Assembly: GCF_000315625.1 (NCBI RefSeq)
Contig: NW_005434661.1
Coordinates: 601,548-665,547 of the forward strand
Direction of reading: 5' to 3'
Length of the DNA: 64,000 bases
Origin: Guillardia theta CCMP2712
Taxonomy: Eukaryota; Protista; Cryptophyta
A program made the position numbers and the translations under genes. The first letter of the stretch is position 1. Each line of letters begins with the position of its first letter. This document shows positions 43,234 to 54,741 of this stretch, one piece after another. A model generated the notes under the pieces. It was not told where the DNA came from and did not search any database. It saw only the letters and a program-made list of their open reading frames with translations.

Positions 43234-46092
43234 TCATGACGTGTCTCCTTCGAAGTTTACTTCCCTCATGCCCCTGTATATCCACACCACCGCCTGCGCT
43301 CCCCGCATCCTGTCGATCAGCACGAGTGGCAGAAGAAGGGAGTAGAACCTGATCCAATCTCGAGAGATCGTCGTCGGGTAGATCGAGATGCTCGAGCTTC
43401 TGCAGGAGAATGGATGTTCATTGCGGGAGGAGGGAAGAACAACGCAGATCACCGTAGCTGTCTCCAAGAGCTCGATGTCGACTTGAGAGAGCTTGTCTTC
43501 TTCGTTCTCTTTCTGCTGGGGGATTCAAGGTCGGGTATGATGGGATAGGGGGATGGAAAGAAGCTGATGGGTACCTGCTCTGATTTGTTGTGATTGGGAG
43601 TCTGAGGTATCCCTGTGATGTTGTCAAACGTGGGAGGAGAGGAGAGGAGAGGAGAAGAGAGGAGAGGAGAGGAGAGGGGAGGGGAGGGGAGGAGAGGAGA
43701 GGAGAGGAGAGGGGAGGGGAGGGGAGGAGAGCAGAGGAGAGGGGAGCATACCTGCGAATGTGGGAGACATTGTGGTGAAGGCAAGAGTCCCAGTGAGTGA
43801 TCTCGCTCCCCTGCCAGTCTTGGTGGGAGAAGTCGAATTGATGATGGGGTTCTGAAAGGGGGCCAGGTTGATAGGAAGGAGAACAAGGGATGGGGCCTTA
43901 CCCTATCGCGCTTCTCTCTCAGCTTGCTGATGACTCGCTCCCATTCCAGGACCTGAGGGCACTTCTGCAACAGCTCCTCTAGATCCCTCGCCCTGTCCTG
44001 CCGTCAGGGAGCCAGCCGTCTCTCAGCAGATTGTGAACCTGAAGGGCATATGATCGATGATCTTCCTCTTGCTGTAACGGAATTTCTCCTCCATGACTCC
44101 CGCAACTACGCGCTGGTGAGCGGCGGAGAGGGATACGTTCTCCTCCACCGCCTTCACGCAACGATAGGCTACGTCGAAGGCGGCAGCCTGCCCCATGACC
44201 GAAGGAAAGAGGTGGAGGGGGTCGTAAACTCCGCTGCCGAGCATGAGCGCATTCAAAAGCTGATGCTCGTTGCGCTTCAGCTCTTCTGCTGTCAAGTCGC
44301 CCAGGTCCCTTCCGTCCATGCTCTTCCAGTAGACCACCTCACCCACCGACTTCCCCTCGGGGTTGGATTGGAGAGAGAGGAACAAGTTGGTCATGGCCGT
44401 CACATACTCATCCTTGTCGATGGCTCCTGAGCCATCCACGTCCATGGACACGAACATCTTGTTCAGCTCGTCGCCCTCGAGCTCCAGGCCGAGCCTCCGT
44501 GATGCCTGTATGAACTCCTCCTCGTCGATCTCGCCGCTCCCATCCGCATCGAATGCCTCGAAGGAAGCATGGATCTTGTTGACCTGCTCCTGCGACAGGA
44601 TGTTTGCTTCCTTTAATTTCTCCTTCCTCGTCGCCATGAAACCGTCCTTCCCAGCTTGAAAGATCCAGCCCTCTCCCTTGGACCCTGCCTTTTCGTACTT
44701 CTTGCGACATTCACGAATGTCCTTCATGGTGATGATGTTGTTTTGCAAGTTCAGAGTGCGCAGCGACGAGCATCGCTCACAGACCTCCATCAACCTGCTT
44801 GCCTTGTTCTGTATCAGATTGTTCGCCAGATCCATCTGGACTAACTTAACGTCGTCATGAAGCGCTTTGGCGATCACCTCCGCTCCCTGGTCGCCGATCC
44901 CGTTCGAGGAGAGATCGAGATCTGTGAGCTGGTTGCCCTTCGTCCGGATGCAGCTGGCGATCGCAGTGGCGCCAACAGGACCGCAAGAATTTCCTGCCAG
45001 GTTGAGGGAGCACAGGAACCCACCCAGTTCCAGTCCCCTCGCAATGGCCTGCACCCCCTCGGACCCAAGCGCGTTCCGAGCAAGGCTGAGTGTGGTGAGA
45101 GCTGTGTTCTGCCCCCTGTGAGGATCGAGAGCCTTGGCGATGGACTCTCCTGCTCTCGGGGACAGCCAGTTGTAGTCGACCTTGAGAACTTGTAGGAACA
45201 TGTTGCAGTGGATCCCGTCGTACCAGTCCTGCGCCAGCCTCATGCTCTTCTCGCTCTCTATGGCCGCCTGGATCGCCCTCTCTCGTTTCACCCGCATCCT
45301 CTCGAGGGTCGCCCGCAGCTTCTCGCTGTCCGAGTCTGAGCGCTGGTTGCGGGGGAAGATCACTCCTGCTTCCTTCGCCTGCCGCAGCACTCGCTCCGAC
45401 TCTTCCTTGATGGTTTCGACATCCCTCATGCAATCGCGGTATTCATCCTTACAGTCGCAGAGATGCAGCCAGGCCTCTCTGGCGTCCTCGGGGACGCACA
45501 GGGCACTGAAGACTCTGTCGACCCCTTCGTCTCCTATCTCGTTCGCCGAGATGTCGAGCATGGTCAGCGTTGTGTTCCTGAGGAGGCTCTCGGAGAGCAC
45601 GGCCGCCGCCTTGGGGTCAAGCCGGTTGCCGCGCAGGGAGAGTTCGACGAGGTGGGTGTTGCTCGACAGTGCTTCGAGCATGCGGAGGTCTTGTCCTAGC
45701 GCGCAGTGGTTCAGAACCAGGTGAGTAGCATGCGGGCTGGAGCTTCGTATCATCTCCAGCAGGTCCTCGTCTGACGCCAGCGACAACATGTACTTGGTCA
45801 GGAAAGGGCTGAATGCCTCCACCCTCCCCGTCTTGAGCCCTTCGAAGAGAGCCAGGAAGTGATCGAGGTCCATCCCATGCCCGCTGCTCCCGTACCTCCT
45901 CATGATCTCCTTGCATTCGTCCAGGGGCGCCTCCTGCCCCATCGACTGAAAGATCCTGTGCAGCTCCTGCGCATCGATCTCGCCGCTCCCGTCCTCGTCT
46001 TGCTGCTGGAAGAGACGCGAGAGTCTCTTCCGCTCCTCCTCGTCGTCTCCCCTCCTCATCCCCGCAGTCGTTTCTCCGTCGCCCTCTAGCAT
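43234..46092 (-). CDS. EF-hand pair / RI-like leucine-rich repeat / EF-hand pair protein
   Basis: EF loops DEDGSGEIDAQEL, DADGSGEIDEEEF and DVDGSGAIDKDEY; LRRs LTMLDISANEIGDEG and LTDLDLSSNGIGDQGA; several short 3' exons. Confidence 0.85.
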
Positions 46093-46405
46093 GTCATCCT
46101 TGTTTGACAGCCCTACAGTCGTTTTACTCAAAGTTAAGTTTAGAATCAGTACCGGGACAATCAGGATGGTCGAATGTAGGGTTCAGATCCTGATAGCTTC
46201 CAAGGCTCAGAGTGTGTCTTGTGTCTTGTGTGCATTCTGAATCTCACGTACTTCCTTTATTTGTAAGCAATCCTGATCTCTCTCCCTATGAGCATTCTTG
46301 ATTTGCTTTGAATTTGTCAACATCTAGTCAACATCTGCATAGTACGGTACAAAGCATCGGAAACCCTTGCCTATGTTCAAAGCTCCAGACCCCTCTTGTT
46401 CTCTA

Positions 46406-46965
46406 TCAATCGTTGTGATTGACCCATGTCCCTGGCTTGACGGTCCGGCATCCCATGTTTTCTTCACTGCTCTGGACGTGCATCAAGGCCTCCTCAAACA
46501 ACGACGGCGTGTGGTACACCTCGCGTTCTGACTCCTCCGGCCACATTGACCCGCTCTTGGAAGCGTCATCCCGTTTGCCCTCGCTCGACAAGATCTGCTG
46601 CTCGTGCTGTCTGGTCGTAGCCTCTTTCGGATCTTTATTGCAGTCAGCAAGATCGAGCCTCCCTTCTTGCTCCAGCATCACGAGCCTGTCTTGCTCCGAG
46701 TTTGGCCAGTGGTACACGCCAATTTTTTTACACGCCGACTTGAATGCAGTAAGAGATATACCCTGCACAACATGTCAGAGCTCGATATAACAACATCCTT
46801 CCTTCTTACCAGCCGTTGCGCTGCCACATGTTGCCTGAGGTGCAGCAGCTCCAGCACGGCTTCGATGCTGACAACAATGATCTTGGATTGTTTACCCGCG
46901 CCTGAGCTCTTTTTCCGCGAAAATAACTTAGCTACGCGGGGCTGGTAGATTCCAGACGTGGACAT
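46406..46965 (-). CDS. RWP-RK domain transcription factor-like protein (2 exons)
   Basis: VSIEAVLELLHLRQHVAAQRL|GISLTAFKSACKKIGVYHWP matches the RWP-RK helix-turn-helix pattern. Confidence 0.8.
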
Positions 46966-47491
46966 GTTGGTACAGTTGGGCAGAGATGCTTGGTCAACAG
47001 GAGACAGGAAAGGAGAATGGTGGAATGCTGTTTAACTTCACCGCAATTTGTTTTAGAGACACTGACCAACAGATTCCTAGGCACAAAGGATGGTGTGATC
47101 TTACAACCCTCTGCCTCAAGTTGCTGGGAGGGCTTCAGGTCGGCAGTGGCTCTTCTCCTATGCGCTGCTTGCTCTTGGCTCCCCTCCGCGGGTGCTGCCG
47201 GACCTCAGTCACGAGGGCCCCCTCCTATAAAAATAATTTTAGTCATCATTTGAGATATAGTTCTGATACAGTGCGAGTTGCGGCAGTCCTGTACATGTGA
47301 CTCCGATTGTCCTCGTACTCATCAGTTTCACTCAACTTTGGGTACAGGTCATATGATCGCGCCATAAATTCACTCCTAGTACTGATTTTTAACTTAATTC
47401 TGAGTCGCCGGACCCGTGACCCGTGCCTCCGGGCGCCGCTCTCGGCCCCCGAGCCTGATGAGTCAGCCTCCGGCCGCGCTCGGACTCAGAC

Positions 47492-49035
47492 TGATGGAAC
47501 GTATGCCAGCCGTGCCAGTCAGATAGCGCCGAGTTAACAAAAACTCTCCTGTAAACCAAGACGACTTACGTGTTTGCGAGCCGCGGCCAATGTAGCGTGT
47601 GTGGACGAAGAGGGGGCTTTCCTAGCCGTCTTGCTAAGGTCCTCTCATGTCTGGATGCTTGGGTTTCACATCCTAGCATACAGTCTATCTCTCATGTGCT
47701 CCTCAATTCTTGATTTGTGTGCATTAAACTCAGTCTTGAGCAAAAACTGTCTTGTTACAACTAAGGTCGATGTGATATCTGCGTGACTTTGGACTAGTAC
47801 AAGTCTAACAAACTTGTATTCCGTCGGTTATGGGCCCCGATTACATGCTCAATCATGTTGATCTTATATTTGGTTAGTTGAATTGTTTACTGGAGTTTTT
47901 TTCTTTCTTGGTATTGTTTTCCCGTTGCTGTTGAAAATTCATGCAAATTCTATCAAGCTTTACACATTCGGATGACTCCTCTCTTCAATCAGGCTCTCTT
48001 TCTAGCCGCAAGTTGTTTAGGCCTCTCATCTCAGCCTCAATTTGTTTGATTGATCTTCGAATAGGAAAAACAAGCCTTTTCCCAGCCAGATTGGTCGGTC
48101 GAATATCTGCTTAACCGTGTGGAAACGCACTTGAAGCTGATTCGATTCTTATTTTCTTGATCTTTGAGTAGGATCAAATGGAACTCCCAGGAGATCTGGC
48201 GGAAGTTTCATGTCATGGAGCTAGGCTGTGGCATGCATAACTGGAGCTACTTCTGGATCGGCGAACAAGGTACTACTGCACAACAATCTTCAAATGCCTT
48301 GAAACGGATGTTCCAATCTTGCGGCAGCAATCTCTGGTCACAAGTTCTTTACGGTTCAAAAATTTATCTCTTGGTCTTCAAATGCCGGCGGGCACGCTCT
48401 CTCTCTCTCTCTCTCTGTTATCTGAACTCCGAAGTTCTCTCCTCAGACTCTCTTATCTTATCCTCCTTCTCTCGTCATTGCATCAGCTCGCCAGGCATCT
48501 CCCTTATCTCTGCACTGCACATCTAATAGCCCTGCATGAAAATCTTCTTCAGAATGGACAATCCTTGAATGGTTATTGCCCGCTCAGCTTGACTGTGAAC
48601 TTGACGTTGTATCATCGTATCTTGACTTGGATCTGCTGACATTCTTGTTTGTGTGACTTTCTGACGTCCGATGTAACGTACTATTTCAGAAACTCGGGGG
48701 GAGGATGGAACGTATGCCAGCCGTGCCAGTCAGATAGCGCCGAGTTAACAAAAACTCTCCTGTAAACCAAGACGACTTACGTGTTTGCGAGGCGGCCAAT
48801 GTAGCGTGTGTGGACGAAGAGGGGGCTTTCCTAGCCGTCTTGCTAAGGTCCTCTCATGTCTGGATGCTTGGGTTTCACATCCTAGCATACAGTCTATCTC
48901 TCATGTGCTCCTCAATTCTTGATTTGTGTGCATTAAACTCAGTCTTGAGCAAAAACTGTCTTGTTACAACTAAGGTCGATGTGATATCTGCGTGACTTTG
49001 GACTAGTACAAGTCTAACAAACTTGTATTCCGTCA
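47492..49035 (+). mobile_element. Non-autonomous copia-type LTR retroelement (TRIM/LARD-like, 1544 bp)
   Basis: LTRs at 47492-47825 and 48704-49035 appear to differ only by a 2-bp indel plus their terminal bases. PBS GGTTATGGGCCC at 47826-47837; PPT GGGGGGAG at 48696-48703; TSD CAGAC at 47487-47491 and 49036-49040. No gag/pol motifs were recognised internally. Confidence 0.93.
47826..47837 (+). other. Primer-binding site complementary to the anticodon arm of initiator tRNA-Met (half-tRNA priming)
   Basis: GGTTATGGGCCC directly after the 5' LTR; the same PBS type as Drosophila copia and yeast Ty5. Confidence 0.85.
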
Positions 49036-49300
49036 CAGACGCGGCGGCCCGGGCTCTTACATCGCCGGCAGCTGAGGGCGGGGTTCAACTTTGAGTGACT
49101 ATGGGATGAGCCTGTCGGAGGGTCACGGTTCTCACATCCGAGTGATAAACCGGATGCCACTGCCGCCGGCCCCGGCAGTGACCGGGCACCGGGCAGGCCA
49201 CCGGGGCCGCCAGGCCCGGGCCGCCGGCCGGGCCGAGCGCCTCGGCCCGCCGCCGCACTGGTCAGCGGCGGGCGGCCAGCCTGTCAGCCGCGCAGTATAG
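49036..49300. promoter_or_regulatory. CCGG-rich island (continuous with 47395-47491 before the LTR insertion)
   Basis: Very dense ccgg/ccggg on both sides of the element. Confidence 0.45.
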
Positions 49301-49359
49301 ACTTGAAAAATACACATCCATATTTTGAAAACAAGTCAAATATTTTCGAAACATTTTCA

Positions 49360-49520
49360 AAACAATTCCACAACCCCGTAGTACACCTGTCCTTACAATA
49401 TCACTACCCTACCCCATACGGAAACTCCTTGACAGTACCCCCGTTTAATTTTTACACCCAGGAATTCATCGCAAATTCCATACAAAAGTACCCCTATCAA
49501 TGCAAACCACCCCCTGACCC
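49360..49520. promoter_or_regulatory. TACCCC-rich island just upstream of PHB2
   Basis: ctacccctacccca, gtaccccc and gtacccct. Confidence 0.4.
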
Positions 49521-49550
49521 CCATTCTGCGACCGCCGAGGAGACGACGCC

Positions 49551-51670
49551 ATGAACTCGCTGAACAAGCTGCGTCCTCCCAACATCCCCGGGTGAGATGA
49601 AAAGATGCTTTTATCCTTCCCATCTCAACTCCTCCTCATCCTGATTCTCGTACAGCCCCTCTGTGTTGCCTATGCCAGTGTCCTCTTTCACTGAGATGGT
49701 TTCGAGCGAATGTACCTTCCAGTTTGTTGCAAGGATACTTCGTGGAAAGTGTTCTTATGGCTCATGGCGCTATTGTTTGCGTGCCTCTGAGGCAATGCGG
49801 TTGCCATGTAGCTGTAGAGCTTGATGCTAAGCTCTCCTTGCATGTGATTGTTGCTCTCTGTGAACTACACGCTCAAAACATTGTCTGTCCCTGTCGTTAC
49901 ACCTCATGTTCCTATGGCCTCTAGCAGAGATATGACCCATGTGAGGATGTGTTGGATACTGTTTGCCGTATTGGTGTGCATTAATGACCTCCTTTCCAGG
50001 TCATTCCTTCTGACAGCTGCGGGGGGTATAGCACTTACAGTGGGTGGATATGTTGTGGTCAATCACTGTATGTACAACGTCGAGGGTGGACACCGGGCGG
50101 TAATTTATAGCAGAATAAGCGGAATGAGTAGTGTAGTGAAGGGTGAAGGCACCCACTTCAAAGTTCCATGGTTCCAGAGACCTTATATCTACAATGTGCG
50201 GTCTACACCAAGGAATATCAAATCGCTGACTGGCAGCAAAGGTGAGAGATTAGTTGTTTGACTTGGGATTTTGAATTGTTTTCTTATTGTCAAAATGCAG
50301 ATCTTCAAATGGTTGATATTAATTTGCGATTGATTTATCGTCCGGTTGTCGACAAGCTTCCGGAAATGTACAGGACACTTGGAATGGACTATGACGAAAG
50401 GTGAGTGTTGAACAGTTTGAGAGTGTCGTTGTTTGTGAAATAGTGATGTTTGGGTCCAGAGTCCTTCCATCTATCGCGAATGAGGTCCTTAAAAGTGTTG
50501 TAGCGCAATACAATGCTATAGAGCTAATCGTGAAACGAGAACAGGTATGTTCTGTATTTTATTTGTGTTGCATCTCTGTCTTAGTAAAGGAGAGAACTTT
50601 CATGGAGTGTAGTCTTCTATGGCTGCAGGAAATGAAAATTCTATTTCTCTCTTTACAAAGAGAAAATGCTACATATATACCCAAGTGTTCACTGCAATCC
50701 AAAGGGTGATCGTTTCTATCGATCGCTTCTCTTAGGCAATGAATACATGCTCCCGAACATTTTTCTTCCTGTATATTTTGTGTTTTTGCATTTTGTATTC
50801 GCAGAACAATGGTGCATTTCTCTTATACTTACGACGGGTGTCATGCAGGTCTCAGCACAAGTCAGGAACAGATTGCAGGAACGCGCAAAGGACTTCTTCA
50901 TGGTTTTGGATGATGTTTCGATTGTAAGTATTGCCTTCAGTCGTGCTTTGTGAATCGCGTACAGCGTGGTGAGGATATTTTCAAAACAAAAAAAGTAGAT
51001 ATGGACATCTGATGTCGTTGATGTTAACAATAGTCTGAACGCACTTCTGTACTTGTGCTTGTTGACCGAAATTGCACAGTGCAGCGTATGACTTGCTTTC
51101 TCAGACGCATCTTGCCTTCAGTCCGCAATTCACAACCGCGGTTGAGGCGAAGCAGGTTGCGCAGCAGGATGCGGAACGCTCGAAATGGTGAGTAATATCG
51201 TCACTTTGTTGTTGCACTCATGGCTTTGACAAACTGTCGTAGGATTGTTGAGAAGGCTATTGAAGAAAGAAAAGTATTGTCATTGCAGCTCAAGGAGAAG
51301 CTGAAGCTGCTAAACTTATCGCAACGGCTGTTGCCAACAATCCTGGTACACATTCAGGGAATTCCCTTTTTGTAGATTGAAGGTTTTTCAGGGTTCGTGG
51401 AGTTGCGTGAGATCCAGTACGCAAAGGACGTGGCGGAAACCATTGCCAACAGGTGATATCGTGGTGTCCGTCTTTGTTTGTTGTGACTTGAGCTGTTTCA
51501 GCAATTTCAAAGTCTATCTCAGCTCAGACGTTCTCCTCATGTCCGGCTTGGCTCGTGCACTCAGCCAGCAACAGGTGAGAGATTCTCATTGAATGCACAC
51601 GAAGTGAAGTCACTTGCAGGCTAACAAGCTTCAGAGCGGAAAGAGCTATTTATCCGTTTTTGGTATGTGA
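49551..51670 (+). CDS. PHB2: Prohibitin-2 (multi-exon; apparent 1-nt frameshift at ~51265)
   Basis: YNVEGGHRAVIYSRISG, GEGTHFKVPWFQRP, SLTGSKDLQMV, VLPSIANEVLKSVVAQYNA, LDDVSI, AVEAKQVAQQDAER and NPGFVELREI. Confidence 0.9.
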
Positions 51671-51695
51671 AACAGAAAGTAGTAAAAATACATTG

Positions 51696-52720
51696 TCATT
51701 TCAAGTATGGAATTATTTTTTGGATGAAGTATCCATCAGGCATCTCCAAGTGATCTCCAGGGCACTCCAGCATATCCAACTGTCCAGATTCACATCAGTG
51801 TCAACCAAGCAAGGCTCATACAAACCTTTCCAGCCGCATCCAGCGATTTCAGCCCTATCCAATCTTCCTCGTAAAGCTTTGACTGTTTCAAGTCCTGAAT
51901 CTCAACATCTTGGCCCTCTTGATAAAATTCGAACCACTAAGATGCAAATCAGTCTTGCTCAACCAGTTGACTCTCGTACCGTGCTTTCCCTTGGAACAAC
52001 TACCGTGTCGTTCTGGAACTTTACAAGCACCAGCTTGTTCAAAGAAAGAATACGATCTCGATAGACCGCTTTCTTTTCTTCAAGGTTGTTGTTGATGTCA
52101 GGAAGAAATATGTTGTATTTCAGATATTCTTCACTTTTGACGGGATCCTGCCAGTACTGCGCTTGTACTGATCGCTGCTGTACAAAACTTTCATATGCAC
52201 CCATTTCTAGAAGCTTCTTCATAGTCTCACAGAATACACTGTGCGTGATGCATCTTGGTAGCCCATAAACTCCTTGTTGTGGGCCTCCAATGGAGATCAA
52301 CGACTGAACTTTCGCTTCCGGGCATGTCTGCACCAGCGCTCGCAGGAAGAGCCCTCCCTGGGAGAAACCAACAGCATGAAACCCACCGGCAAGGTTCGGG
52401 TCCTTGGAGACGAGGTTGCAAGCAAAGGTCAGCTGCTCGTGGATGGGCATGAAGAATCCGTTGTACTGGTCCTTGGCCTCGTTCTCTCCGATCATCAGGG
52501 AACGGACGTAGGCACCTGGGACATGCTTTTCTATCAAGGATTTCACCCTCCCCATGGAGACTGGCAGGCAGCACGTGTCCCCCATGCCATGCCACATCAC
52601 TACGGCCCTGCTCGTGTTGGAGCTCCTTGCTGGCAGCGGAATCGCCGCCGAGGACGCGAGAAACATCGCAAGCAGCACAGCATGGAACGCAACTTGGGGG
52701 CACCGCAACGGGGGAAGCAT
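51696..52720 (-). CDS. PPT1: Palmitoyl-protein thioesterase 1 (3 exons)
   Basis: Signal peptide; VVMWHGMGDTCC, GFSQGGLFLRA, LISIGGPQQGV, VQAQYWQDP, FLPDINN, DTVVVPRES and GDHL. Confidence 0.92.
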
Positions 52721-52764
52721 TTCGGGGCCTGAGCGGGCCTGCGGGGCTCGGTTGAGGTGGCGAC

Positions 52765-53953
<1,189 letters not shown>

Positions 53954-54234
53954 GACCTCTCTTCTCTTCTCAAAGATGCCAATGAACTTGATCGAATCAT
54001 TCTGAACCTGCAACCTTGGAAATATTTCGAGGAAGGAGAGTAGTTCCTTGCAAAGGTGCAAGTCCGCGTCAAGAGTGGACGAACTCGCAAGGAGGAGGAG
54101 GAGGAGGAGGAGGAGGCCGGGGGGGGGGGGGGGGGAGGGAAGAAGGAGTTGATGGAGAGATGGGCTCAACGATTGGAAAGGGAGGGAAATTGAAGACATC
54201 GCAGGAGGAGGGCAGGCGTGTGGCGTGTGGGGGT

Positions 54235-54677
54235 TCAGTCGATAGTTTCTGTATTCCTCTTCCCTTTGGCTTTCTGCTTCGGACGCTTGAGGGGTCGAGA
54301 CTTGTCGTCGTTGTCCTGGGAGTGAACGCTAGTGAGAGCGGGAAGGGGAAGGCAAAGACGAGAAAGATAGGCAGGAGATAGAGGAGGAGATAAAGGAGGA
54401 GGAGAAAGAGGAAGAAGAGATAGAGGAGGAGGAGATAGAGGAGGAGATAGAGGAGGAGATAGAGGAGGAGGAGGAGGCATGAGAAGGAGAAAACCTCGTC
54501 TCGCTTCCTGGCGTACTGTTTGTCGAATCTTTGTTGTACCTGAATTGTCGCAGTATGAGGATGATGATGATGATGAGGTGGAGCAGGAGCAGGAGCAGGA
54601 GCAGGAGGAAAAGGTGGTGGTGGAGGAGGAGGATCAGGATGATGATGATGACGATGGATGATGATGAGGAAGTTGAT

Positions 54678-54741
<64 letters not shown>

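Noticed and set aside
47492-47825. 330-bp repeat as a MITE/DNA transposon because of short terminal inverted repeats
   Set aside because: The PBS, PPT, paired direct orientation and 5-bp TSD around the pair identify it as an LTR.
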